Made by a program: the position numbers and the translations under genes. Below are positions 20,060-38,189 of a DNA stretch of 64,000 nucleotides, in pieces. Source of the DNA: the human T2T-CHM13v2.0 reference genome, Homo sapiens. The notes under the pieces were generated by a model. It was not told the DNA's origin. It made no database searches and saw only the letters and a list, made by a program, of their open reading frames with translations. Position 1 is the stretch's first letter; each line of letters opens with the position of its first letter. The stretch lies in assembly GCF_009914755.1 (NCBI RefSeq), contig NC_060928.1, one strand, 5' to 3'.

Positions 20060-20890
20060 TTGGCTGCTCCCAGAACTGCTCCATTCTCCCCAGTGTGAGC
20101 CCTCAAACATCAGTGATCCATGATTATCCTCTTCCTTTCCCACCCTACATCTAATCCATGAAGAAATCTTGTCTCCTCCTTCAGCACATCCAGGATCCAG
20201 TCACTTCTCAGCATCTCCCCAGCTTCCACCCTGGTTCAAGTCACCATCACCTCTCTCCTGGGTGATTGTAACAGCTTCATGCCTGGTTACCCCAATTGTC
20301 CCTTTGCCCCTGTTAGTCAATTCCCAGTGCAGCTGCAGGGGATCCTATTAAAACCTCAGCCAGGTCATGTCATTCCTCTCTTCTCAACCAGCCCCAGGTT
20401 CTCCATCTCACTCGGAGGTAAAGCTGAATTTCCAGCAATCGTCTATGAGGCTCCATGTGGTGAGTGCCTGTTATCTCTCCAGCCTCATCTGCTTCACTCA
20501 CTTCTTTCCAGGCTTGTAAAAGCCTGTTTTTCAGGCACCTGCCTTTGAGCCTGTTGTACCCTCTTCCTAGAATGCTCTGCCCCAGAGTTTTACATGACAA
20601 CCTCCCTTTCTCCTCCAGTCTTTACTCAACAACATCTTCTCAAGAAAGCCTTCCCTGGCAACCTCATCTAAAATTGCCACCCTCAAAAATTACCCACACA
20701 CCTCCTCTATTTTTTTCTATAGCAAGAATCAACATTATATATTTATATTTATGTTTACCTTTTTATTTACTGGCTACCTCATTTAGAGTGTAAGCTCCAT
20801 GAGGACAGGAATTCTTATGTCTGTTTCTTCTCCAAAATGTTCTTGGCACCTAGAGGTATGCTTGGCACACATTAGGTGCTCAGAAAGTTC
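20060..20890 (+). mobile_element. L2 (L2a-like) 3' region
   Basis: 'tgtaagctccatgaggacagg...cacctag...cttggcacac', the L2 3' signature. Confidence 0.75.
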
Positions 20891-20929
20891 ATGTCACTTG
20901 GTGGATATTCACAGAATGCAGGCAGAGGC

Positions 20930-21190
20930 AGAGTAGCTTTGTGATTTAGAGCCCAGGCTCTGGTATTCGACTGCTAGAATTTGATCCTGGTTCTGCCACC
21001 TATTGACTATGGATTTCCGTTAAGTTACTCAACATCTTTGGACCTCAGTTCCCTCATTCTCTCTTTATAAAGCAGAGAGAATAACAGTACTGTGTCACAC
21101 AGTTACATAAAAATTTAATGAGTTAACATTTATGAAGCACTCATAATATTGCCAGACACACAGTAAATGCTCAGTGAGTGTTATCTTCAC
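20930..21190 (+). mobile_element. MIR SINE
   Basis: Core 'aagttactcaacatctttggacctcagttccctc'. Confidence 0.75.
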
Positions 21191-21605
21191 TATAATTTTC
21201 AAAACCTGTTTCCTTCCTCATTCTTTCTAATAGCCTTTAGGATGCCAGGCAGAAACCATGTGCTGGGATGAGAGCTCTGAGGCCCAACTCTTCCTTTAAC
21301 AAGATGCACTCTAGTCAGGGAGACAGACGCACCAGACTATTTTAATGCAAAATAATAAGGGGTATATTTAGGAGGGTCTCAGAACACAGAGTTTGGAGCT
21401 TATAATCCTGCTCGCAGAGGTCAGGAAGGTTTACTGGAGAAGATGCTGTCTGAACAAGACCTGGGGGTGTGGTAGGTGGGGATGGGGCAAGAGTTTCCAC
21501 ACTGAGGAGCATAAGTGTGCAGAGCTAGGGGAATCTTCCTGAGGGGGGGTCAAGTCATGCCAACCTGCTTCTTATGACTTATCCTCCAATGTGGAAACCA
21601 TATGC

Positions 21606-21657
21606 AAACATACACACATACACACACACACACGCACACGTGCACGCACACACACAC
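21606..21657. repeat. (CA)n microsatellite, interrupted
   Basis: Direct. Confidence 0.9.
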
Positions 21658-22261
21658 GGAGCCGTACACACTAAAATTTACAGCTTCACGAGATTTTCTG
21701 CAAGATTATATTAAGTGAAAAAGGGAGAAAGCTGCCAAATGCTTCATGCTCTGAGTTTTCCCAACATTGCAAATTAGCAACACCCTTAACAAATGTCCAT
21801 TAATCTCCCAGCACTGGGCATGTCAAGATTTTCATATGTTAAACAGAAATTTGCTCAGCTTATGACACATACAAGACCCCAGCTGAGCGCTGAGATGATT
21901 GAGATGGGGCCAGAAGGAGCACACAGCTAGTGTGGGCAGCAGACAGCTAAACAGGAGATGACAATACAGTAAGATCAGTGCTCGCAGAGACACAGACAGG
22001 CCCCTCAGGACGCAAAGGACCCAGCCTTTAACTCTGCCTGGAATGACCGGGGAGGCTTCCTGGAGGAGGCACCATTTGATCTAAAACTTGCTGGGGGAAT
22101 AGGAGTACACTAGGCTACTAACTTTGAAAGGGCCTTCTGGAAAAGGAGAGAAACATAAGTAAAGGCAGGGACGTGAGAAGTGAATGGCCTATTAGGGAAG
22201 GAAAGACATCTGGCACATGTCAGACGGGAGAGGTGGGATACTAATCTGGAGAAGTAGCCTG

Positions 22262-22721
22262 TGTTGCAAGTTGGTTTCTTAGGAAGCAGACTCTGACATG
22301 GAAGTTAGCAAGAAGGAGGTCTACTAAGGGGTGTCTAATTAGGAAGGCCCTAGGGACCAACATCTGGGGAAGGCAACAGAAAGGAAGGGGGCAGAGTTGT
22401 TTAGAGGGAGTAGCTGGCCTTGGTGCAGTCTCAGTGAGGCTTCAGTGGACCCCAGGGTGGTCTGAAGCTGGATGGCTCTTCAGAGTTGTCCTGAGTTGAG
22501 GTGAGAGGGCCAGGCCTTTATGCACCCATGTCAATCAGCCAATCACTGTGGGCTGCCCAAGGAAGGGGGACACGTTGGTCAAGGCGGCTCTTTAGTGGAG
22601 ACAACTCCAAACATGGCTGATAGCTGAAGGCTGTCTCCTCTCAGTACCTCCAGCAGCTGGGGGGCGAGCCTGCAGTCCTATAAGGGGGTCCGGGTAGCAC
22701 ATCATGACATCCTTCACTACA
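22262..22721 (-). mobile_element. LTR16A-like (ERVL) solo LTR inserted in L2
   Basis: tgttgcaagttggtttc...aagcagactctgaca...cttcagagttgtcc...actaca; TG...CA ends; perfect 5-bp TSD gcctg (22257-22261 / 22722-22726). Confidence 0.8.
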
Positions 22722-23009
22722 GCCTGGCCCTGCTCATGAAGGTGGCTGCTCATTAAGGCTTCGTGCACCAATTATGAGGCTTGCAACTTATCCTGAGGCT
22801 GCCGACAGCCATCAAAATTCTATGAACATGGAAAATATATGCATCCAGATTTGTATATTAGAAAGACTTGCTGTGTGTCAGCTAGAGGAGAGACGAAGGA
22901 GGCAGCAATACCTGTTAGGAAGCTATTGTGTCAGTCTAGGTGAATGGTGTTGAGGCCCTTAGCAAAGATGGTGGCAATGGGGATATAGAGGATTTGTGGG
23001 TAAAGGAGA

Positions 23010-23250
23010 GTAATGACAATCACCATTTATTAAGACCCTGTCACACATCAGACTCTTTAACCTATTGTTTCTAACCTGCCCAGTAGTTCTGCAGAGTTTG
23101 CATTTTTACACATAAATTGAAGATCAGAGAGGTTTAATAACTTGCCTAAGGTTACACAGTAGTAAGGAACTGAACTAGGAATAAACCCCAATTTCATCCT
23201 TAAAATTCTGCACTATTTCTTATGAACTACCACCTAGGACAGCTCCCCCA
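23010..23250 (-). mobile_element. MIR SINE
   Basis: 'cagagaggtttaataacttgcctaaggttacacag', MIR core antisense. Confidence 0.75.
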
Positions 23251-23885
23251 AACACTGGACACTCAGAAAGGTAGTTGTTATTATTATTGTTATTATTATT
23301 ACTTTATTATTATTACTATGACTACTACTATTGCCAACATTATCTTAATAAAATCAAGGCCCCGGTACCAGATCTGCATTTTATTAGCAGAAGCACTGAG
23401 GATTGCTGACAGCTAATGATGATCTTGACAGTATTCGCAGCAGAAATATTCAAATGCAATTAAAAACTGCAAATATAATAATCAAATGTAAATGAGCAGC
23501 AGCCAACAATTACTGGTGCATATACAATTAGCACATATGGTAATTTAGCAGGAGGCATAACTCGCTCCATTTCATTGCCTCTAACAAATTGCTGATTCTC
23601 CGTCGTGCCTCCCTCCTTCCCCTCATCTTTGCTGCTAACAGTTTCCTCCCCATGTTTGTCCACTCTCTCTGTTGGCAGACACAAGTCTAATTAACTGGAC
23701 TCTCTTGGAGCCAAAATGCATCCAGTTGCAGCTCAGAGGAAGAGCAGGTCCCATTGCCTGTCTGGAGCTGGCAGGCAGGCATAATTTTAGAATGTAGCAT
23801 CCTCTCTCCCTTGCTGAAAAATAACTAAGCTTATAAAATAGCTTCCAGTGTGGAATTCTACACAGCCATTAAAAATGGCAGTGTG

Positions 23886-24194
<309 letters not shown>

Positions 24195-25199
24195 TCATAT
24201 GAAGAGACAGCCACAATATATGGTTAAGTATTAACCAATTTTTTAAAGCATATTAAAACAGCATGTAAATGTGATCTCATTTTCATATTAAATACATAGA
24301 GAGGACTTTGCTGGCAGGAAAGACACCATTATAATCATTGCAGAGCTTATCTCTGAGTGATAAATTGTTGGTTGATGTTCATTTAATACTCATTGCTTTT
24401 TTGCTATTTTATATGTATTTTTCACAGTAAACATTTATTACATTAATAATGAAAGTAAAATCATTGAGTTGGGTAACACCCACATGGAAGAAGACTTAGC
24501 TCAGATATCAACTATCCCCTGAAGCCTCCCCTGATCACCCTCCCACCCATCCCAAAAACTTAAGCATCTCTTGCTCATACCTCTGTTTAGCATCTTATTT
24601 TATTGAATTGGCTTGTAGAGCCCTCTTTCCACTAGACTATGAGCTCCTAAAAGACAGCACCCAACACCGGGAGGGACTTAGGTAATGTTTGTGGATATGA
24701 ATTGGTGCTCTCTAAGGCAGTGAAAAAAGAGGGACCTCTCACTGGAGGACAGCCCACGTGTATCAATGCAGTCCCATATAATTCTTATGTATCATCCGTG
24801 CAGTCCCATATAATTCATATGTAGCATCCGGGTGTGTCTGAGGCTTGATTTGGTTTTCACTGGGCCAGTGGTCCCAGCTGATGATAAGATCACATTCTGC
24901 CCAGTCTCCTAAAGCCACAGCAGGGGTGTCATCCCATGTGTTCCCATTAGCCTCTCCCTGCAGAACTCTGTGAAATGTTGACAGTCTGTTGGAGCACTGA
25001 TGTCCATCTCTGTAGTGAAATGCAGAGGATGTTCTACTTATTATCCCCAAAATACAGCTGCCACAGAACTCAGCTCCATCCACCTATGCAAAATCACCTG
25101 GCCTGGAAAACCATCACACTGGCTAAGAGTAATCAGGAAAGCATGCCCTTGTGTTGGATGGCTTCATTCTTTTCTTTTCCCTAAACAGTATTTTACATA

Positions 25200-26695
<1,496 letters not shown>

Positions 26696-27899
26696 TAAAT
26701 GTCAGAAAATCTTTTCCTAATAAATTTCTTTGGTCCTTCGTTAGAATCTGGACAATGGTGCAAAACACCCACCTCAGAATTACACCACCTGACAGGTGAG
26801 AACGCGTGGGTGTTTCTACAACTCCTGAGAGTAGCTGAAGGTTGCTCCTTGGAAAGCGTTAATTCTTTAATCCTTTTAACCTGCTGCATACATGGGCTTC
26901 TGCAGGTCCAGATAAATGTTCTCAGACACAGAAATGTGATGCCCACATGGAATAAGACTTGGCTCAAATATTGACTACGCCCCGAAGCTTTGCCTGACCA
27001 CTGCCGCCATCCATCCACCTCCAGTTGGAAGCACCTCAGAGCTAATTGAAATGATGGGGTCCCAGGTTTATGGACAAGCACTGACACATTTGCTGTAGAG
27101 AACTACTAATGCAAATATTCCAAACCACACCAAGAACAGCAAGATGTTTCTAAAATATTTGGAGTTATGGTAGTCTCACTTTTATTTGTTGCATATTTAT
27201 TAACTTAAAATTAAATATGCTAATAAACCTTTCCACATCTTATAACTCAAAATTGACTGTTTTCATTTTCTCCCTGTCATTTTAGTCTTTGGCCTATTTT
27301 TATGTAATCTAGTTGTTGTAAACTTTACATTTTTTATCCTCTTTATTTTGGGCTTGATATTCCAAGTGTTTTCCTTGTCATAGCATTGTGTTGATTTTAA
27401 TAGCACATAATATTCCATAATTTGGATGTACTAAAATGTATTTACTCACTGTCCTATTTTTAGATAATAGGATTAGGTAAGTTTAATATTTGGTGATATA
27501 TTAAATTATGAGCATCTTTGTACATAAAAATTTTCACTTATTTTGTTTCAGTTCTTTAAGGAAACTTTCTAGGTATTGGTTTCCTGGATGAAAGGGATAG
27601 TATACATTTAGTCTCTTAATATACATGTAGTCTCCCAATAATCAAATTCATTAGTAAGTTTAGGATTTAAACCAAGAATGCTACAGTGAATTTTATCAGT
27701 GATTTCTCTTATTACCCAATAATAATAACAACAGCATCACCATCATTCGGACACATTTTCTTTGTTTGGATTTTGACAAACAGTATTCCGAACTGGCTCA
27801 CAGTCTGTCCCTAGAGAAATCAACTTTTTAAGATAGCGCAGTTATAAAACACACTCTGCAAACTGAGCATATAATGTGGGAGTAAAATAAACAGCCCTC

Positions 27900-28110
27900 T
27901 TCAGAGCTGCACAAATGTCTCCAGGGAGTGACTGGGGGTAAAAGGGTTAGGTCTGGTTTCAAAAACAGTATACAAAGATCTTAATTAATGATCTGGGAGA
28001 TCTCTCAACAACAGCTGGTTAATTAAATTCACACATGGGACTCCATTGAGAGGTGGCGTGAACTCCGGGAAAAGGTGAGGAAATTAGAGAAGGAACTCTG
28101 TGAAGTGACC
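27900..28110 (+). mobile_element. L3/CR1 LINE reverse-transcriptase relic
   Basis: Conceptual translation LINDLGD (27981) then, after a frameshift, LIKFTHGTPLRGGVN (28019) resembles CR1 RT FINDL...LIKFADDTKLGG. Confidence 0.5.
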
Positions 28111-29789
28111 AAGGAACATACAGTGATTCTGAAGATCTGCAGTTTTCTGAATCAACATTTTTTAGTCTCATATTAATTGAGTATTTTACCTCAGCCACTT
28201 ATCTCTCTTAGCTTGGCTTGCTTAAAGGAGCACTGAGTATGGGATGGGAATCTGGGTGGGGGTCCTTTCTTTTCATCCTGGTGATCTTTAGCAATTCCCC
28301 TTGGCCTCTTTGAGATCCAGATTCTTGTGTCTTTGCAGAGAATAGTAGTTGCATTTACTTTGCAAAGTTAAATGAGAGCAAGAGTAGGGAAATGCCTGGT
28401 CAACTCCAACATCATTTTAAAGTTGCTCATAATTCCTGTTCAACTCTAGCATCTTTTGCTTGAACCTTGATCATATACTTTAAAATATATTTTTGCCCAC
28501 TGCAGCACAGGTTAAATAAAGGCCAACCAGAGGGCTCCCCATCTCAAACATCTACACTTTTTGGGGTCTGTGGACCAAGATAGGACCTGGGAGGTGAATT
28601 CCTGAATCATAAAACCAGGGTGGCGTGCAATGCTTGGATGGAGGACATTGTACTAAAAATGTGCATTGTTTGCAAAAGAGAAAACCACATTTGCAGTCAT
28701 CTTGTTGAAACTGTGAGTGAGGAGGATCTGAAAGATTCCCAGTGAGCAATGGGTATTCAATGCAAAGAACTGTCCAGTGTCCATTATAGCTGAGTCAGGC
28801 TGGGTGCAATGCCATTGACATGCTTTTAAATTCAGTTCAGTCTTTATATTTTTAAAATTGAATAAAAGGAAAAACATTTATTAGTCTGTGACCTTGATGC
28901 TTTTACCTGCCCCTCCCCGCTTTCCCTGAGTTTCTCAGCTCAGTGCCTAATTTTCTTACATGGAAGTTTGTTTGTAGCTAAGCTTTGTATCTAGGTAGGG
29001 AGAGACTCCTGTATTATCAATCTGAGTAACAACAGCTCCCCTAGGAGAGTGTGGGAAGATGAGAGCATTCTCACATCTCAGGAAAAGAAATGAAAGCTCC
29101 AGTAAATTAAGTGACTCGCCCAGGGTCGCGCAGCAAGTCTGGCACACAGTAAGTCAGTCGCACAGCTGGGACGAAAATCAAGTTTATTCATATATTCTGG
29201 TTATGCAAGTCTCCTGATGTCTCATCCAGTCTCACAGCCAAAGAGTAGAGAGAGAACAAATTACCCGAGAGTGCGGGGGAAGGAAACTGAAAAATGGTCC
29301 CATTTATTATTGTAAATGGCAACCCACTCTAAAGAGACGCTGCTTGTACCATATTTTCTAATGAAAAGAGAATATGTGAATCCTTCATCTGTTCCTCAGC
29401 TCCACCATCTCTGGAGGCTGCCCAGAAGTTGACAGCTCTGCTGCCTCTCTTTGGGGGATAGAGAGTAGGGAGGATGGTTACCGACTCTGAGAAGGGCTTG
29501 CCAGCGATGCTTGGGGCATGCTCTTGGGAGGTTGCTTTGGACAAGGTACAAGAATAGTTACAGGACAGCAGTTGGTTCAGGAGCCATTCTGTTCTGCTTG
29601 CCAGCAGCCTGTGGACTGAAAATGCTCTGCTATTGCAGGGAAAGGTAAGCCAACTTCTCTGAGGTTTGTTGAGCATCATTTTAGAGAGAGGAATGTAAAG
29701 AAAGTTTCACTTTGATATTTCTTTGTGTGTTTGGGCACAGTTCTACCACACTCCGCTGCATACCTTTTTCTCTGAGGTGGAAGGTTCAA

Positions 29790-30079
29790 GCAATCTAACC
29801 CCTGCTTCTCTCACCACATGCCAGCCACTCTGGCCTCATTATATACTGCAAATGTGCTAAGCTCATTCCATACTCAGGACTTCAGTGTTTGGAAATGTAT
29901 CTGCCTCGACCGCTCTGCCCCAGGACCTTTGCGTAGCCGCTTTCTCCTTATCATTCAGCTCAAATCCTTATTTATCAGAGACACATTCCTTGACTAATGT
30001 TTGTCCGGCTGTTTTCCCGTCTCCTTTGGTCACTATCATTACCCTGATTTACTAAGCACTATTTGAAGTTGCTTGGTGT

Positions 30080-30127
<48 letters not shown>

Positions 30128-30260
30128 GCAAATATATATGCTTTATGTTGCTTGGCTTTATGTTTTGCTTTATGCTGGTTGGCTGCCACTAGACTGTAAT
30201 CTCCAAGGATGCAGGGACCTTCTGTCCTGTTCACGATATATTCCTGCACCTGCACATGCC
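29790..30260 (+). mobile_element. L2 3' fragment containing (TG)n at ~30081-30123
   Basis: 'cagccactctggcctc' and 'ccactagactgtaatctcc...cagggacc'. Confidence 0.7.
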
Positions 30261-31664
30261 ACGGTTGTCAATTTTATTAACATTCCTTTGAAAAACCCCC
30301 TCTGCAGCCGAAAGCAGGCTAAGGGCTTCGGCTTCTGGTTGAAATGGGATAATAGGGACCAGATTTACCCTCCTACCTTAAACAAACAAAAAAGGGGGAA
30401 AAAACAATAAGCAATAGTTTGGAAGAAACTGGACTGGACATCAAGCAACAGAGGACAGTGATCCCTGAGGGATCGGAAGTAAAAGATGGGAGCTTTAGGA
30501 TACCCCACATTACTGACTTGAGGGAGTTTTCAGGTTGTGACTCTGGAAGCAGGAACTGAGGAAGAGCCCAGGGGTCTCTCTGAGTAGAAGAGACAGAATT
30601 GAGAGTCTGGAAAGACCAAGGCAGCTAGAGTTCATAGATCAGTGTACCAGAGAGCAGAGCATGCACAGAGACCTCGAGAGATATGAAGAGGGCTTGCCTG
30701 GAGTATTCGGGTGAGTGCTGATCAGTGGATGTGTGCGAGGACCATCCAAAAGGATTAGTTGTAAGTGATGCTCACACAGGGCTGAGAAAAGTGCCCATGC
30801 CCACCAGCCAGACCACAAAACCTCAGAATTCAAGAGGAATTGAGTAGAGAACATAGAAGGGTCTCAGGAATGGGGGGTACTAAGCTTTAGATTAAGTATT
30901 ACTCCTGCAGTCCTCTCTAACAAAAAGCGAGACTTACAAAGATCAAACTATTTCCAACTAAATAAACTGCACTTCAAATTAAGGCTCAAGATCAGGAACA
31001 CAAAAAGGTAATATATACAGTGTTTGGCATGCATAGAAGCAAGGCAGTGTGAGGCATTGTGAGGTAATACAGCAATCAACTGAAACAGACAATTTGTTAG
31101 AATTAGCAGACAAGGGCGGTTAAGTGGTTATTATAACTGTATTCCTCATGTTCAAAATAGATGAATTTTGTAAAAAAGGCCTAAATCAAACTTCTAGAGA
31201 TCAAAACTGCAATATTTGTGCTGAAAAATACACTGTATAGAATTCACAGCATATTACATATTATAGAAAAAAATTAGTGAACTTAAACATATAGCAATAA
31301 AGGAAATACACCCCAGTTGATTCTATGAGTCTAACATTATGTGATATGAAAACCAAAGATATAAGAAAACTGTAGACTGATATTACTCAGGAACAGATAC
31401 AAAAATTCTTTACAGTATTTTAGAAATTCAAATTCAACAATAATAAAAGAATAATAGTGAGATTTATACCAGAAATTTAAGGTTGGTTTAACATTTGATA
31501 CACAGTCAGTGTAATTCAGTATATATACAAACTGAAAGAGAAAAGTCATGTGATCATCTCTATAGAAGCAGAAGAAACATTTGATAAAATCCAACATTCA
31601 TTCCTGGTAAAAAACTCAAGAAATTTGGAATAGAAGGGATCTTCCTCAACCCAGTTTAGGGCAT

Positions 31665-32111
31665 TGTATTAGTCAGGGTTCTCTAGAGGGACAGAATGAA
31701 TAGGATAGATGTATATATAAAGAGGAGTTTATTAAGGAGTATTGACTCACACGATTACAGGTGAGGTCCCACAATAGTCCATCTGCAAGCTGAGGAGCAG
31801 GGAAGCCAGTTTGAGTCCCAAAGCTGAAGAACTTGGAGTCTGATGCTCGAAGGCAGGAAGCATCCAGCACTGGAGAAAGATGTAGGCCAGAAGACTAAAC
31901 TAGTCTAGTCTTTCCATGTTCTTCTGCCTGCTTTTATTCAGCACTGTCAGCTGATTAGATGGCGCCCACCCAGATTGAGGGTGGGTCTGCCTTTCCCAGT
32001 CCACTGACTCAAAGGCAGATCTCCTTTGGTAACACCCTCACAGACACACCCAGGAACAGTATTTTGCATTCTTCAATCCAATCAAGTTGACACTCAATAC
32101 TAACCATCACA
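31665..32111 (-). mobile_element. MLT2A1/2 (HERV-L) solo LTR
   Basis: Reverse complement starts tgtgatggttagtattgagtgtcaacttgattggattgaag and ends gactaataca; TSD ggcat/ggtgt. Confidence 0.9.
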
Positions 32112-32382
32112 GGTGTCTACAGAAAAACTACAGATATCATGATACTTAATGGGGAACAATTGAATGCATTCCCCCTGAGATCTGGAACAAATATCCACTC
32201 TCACTACTTTCAGTAAACATTGTACTGAAGGGCATAGCTATTTCTGTAAGGCAAGAAAAAGAAATAAAAAGCATTAAGATGGGAAAGGATGAATAAAACT
32301 TTATTTGCTGGCAGATGATATGCTTATGTCATTTATCTGAAAAATCAGAGTTTACCAAAAAGATAGTAAAACTAATAAGTGA

Positions 32383-32776
<394 letters not shown>

Positions 32777-32938
32777 TGAGTTTTTTAAGTATCTTTATAA
32801 TAACAACAGAAATATGAAATAGGGATAGATCTGGATAAACATGTAAAAAAATTAACCTGTACACTGAATACCACAAAACATTACTGAAAGAAGGCTTAAA
32901 TAAATGGAGATGGATGCCTTATTGATGAGTCTTAAGAC

Positions 32939-35568
<2,630 letters not shown>

Positions 35569-35965
35569 AAGACTCAATATTGCTAAGCTGTCAGTTCTTT
35601 GCAAATTTATCCATATATTCCACACAATCTCAATCAAAATCCCAGCAAGATTTTATGTAGAAATTGACAAACTATTTCAAAAATATATGTGGAAATGCAA
35701 AAGACCTGGAATAGCTAAAACAACTTTAAAAAGTGAACAGAGTTACAAAATTAACCACTTAATTTCAAGTCTTATTATAAATACACAGTAATCAAGACAG
35801 TGTAGTATTGGTGCCGAGACACACAAATAGATCAATAGAACAGAATTTTAAAATAGAACCACAAAGATATGATCGATTGATTTTTGACAATGTCTCTGCC
35901 CTCATGAAGCTGCCCTTTTAATGGTGGGGGGTAGGGTGGGACAGACCATATTGAGATAAACAAAC

Positions 35966-36743
35966 TGAGAGACAGGACTAGGTGGATTTCCTAGGCTGAT
36001 TAAGAATCCCTAAGCCTAACTGGGAAGGTGACCACATCCACCTTTAAACACGGGGCTTGCAACTTAGCTCACACCTGACCAATCAGAGAGCTCACTAAAA
36101 TGCTAATTAGGCAAAAACAGGAGGTAAAGAAATAGCCAATCATCTATTGTCTGAGAGCACAGCGGGAGGGACAAGGATCAGCATATAAACCCCGGCATTG
36201 GAGCTGGCAGCAGCGACCCTCTTTGGGTCCCCTCCCTTTTTTTGGGAGCTCTGTTTTCACTCTTTTTCACTCTATTAAATCTTGCAACTGCACTCTTCTG
36301 TGTTTGTTACGGCTCGAGCTGAGCTTTCCATCGCCGTCCACCACTGCTGTTTGCCGCGGTTGCAGACCCGCCGCTGACTTTCATCCCTCCAGATCCAGCA
36401 GGGTGTCCGCTATGCTCCTGATCCAGCGAGGCGCCCATTGCCACTCCTGATCGGGCTAAAGGCTTGCCATTGTTCATGCACGGCTAAGTGCCTGGGTTCA
36501 TCCTAATTGAGCTGAACACTAGTCACTGGGTTCCACGGTGCTCTTCCGTGACCCACGACTTCTAACAGAGCTATAACACTCACTGCGTGGCCCAAGATTC
36601 CATTCCTTGGAATCCGTGAGGCCAAGAACCCCAGGTCAGAGAACAGGAGGCTTGCCATCATCTTGGAAGTGGCCCACCGCCATTTTGGAAGTGGCCTGCC
36701 ACCATCTTGGGAGCTTTGGGAGCAAGGACCCCCCCAGTTAACA
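35966..36743 (+). mobile_element. LTR17 (HERV-W) solo LTR
   Basis: Begins tgagagacaggactag, ends ggaccccccc..taaca; CCAAT 36079 and 36136, TATAAA 36184, ATTAAA 36274; 4-bp TSD aaac (35962-35965 / 36744-36747). Confidence 0.93.
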
Positions 36744-37416
36744 AAACCAATTATATAATATTAAGTGATGATGTAGATTCAACTTAGTTACATCCTGTCT
36801 GGCCTTTTTGTTCCATTATCACAGAGAGAGATAGAACGAATTGATTTTGTTCCAGTTTGGCAGATCTTATTTTATGGTAGATAATTGTTTTCCAGTCGTG
36901 ATTTTAAGAATCTGCTTTGTTCATTTTATTTAAAACTGCCACTAATCAATTTTGATGCAAATATCTTTTTATCGTGGTTCATGTCTGGGCACTCTCTCAC
37001 CCAGCCAGGGAAGAGAAGGAGAAGAAGCTCTCAGAGGAGGTGCACCCTCTTTCGGGATCGTTTCCCGTCTTCACCATCCCCTTGAACCTTCTGTGAATCA
37101 GTTGCTTGCTAACTCCTGTTCGTGCCTCAGATCTTGGCTTTGATGTTGTCTCGGTGATTGCCATCATTGCACCCCCATCAGTTTCTGCAGCACGTGGTGT
37201 GTAGTGAGTGCTTTGGACACCTGGGGGAATGGATGGAGGAATGAATTGGGATTGAAGGCTGAGTTAAAGACGTTCTGGAAGTGTCCTCTGTGAGCAGAAC
37301 CACCCTGAGAGTGGCGCACACTGAGTACTGCTGGTGGTGCCGAGGTCACTGGTGGGGTGAGGAAGAAGGAGAAGGGGGATGCCAGTGCCCTCTCATGTAA
37401 GATTTGTAGTATTTTA

Positions 37417-37845
<429 letters not shown>

Positions 37846-38189
37846 TTCATTTAACCAGGTTTATCACGTTTTCATGTCTTTTAAAAAATTATCCAGACTT
37901 GTTAGAATGTGCATCCTACTTTGGGGAGGTCAGCAAGGGGCCCTCTCCTAATATACTGCCCTTGCCATGGAAGGGTTTCATTCTAGACACTTCTTGGGGC
38001 TATGACTTCAAGATAGAAAATGTGATGTTTCCAGTGTCTCTTATGTCAAATCCTGAAGGAACTCAAACAAAAGGGTAGTTAATACATCATGTTGCAGATT
38101 CTTTGCTGAGAAGAAAACCAAAGGACTGAAAACACAAGCAGATTCTTTTTTTTTTATTTTAATGGAATAGTAATTGTGTCTATTTTTCA

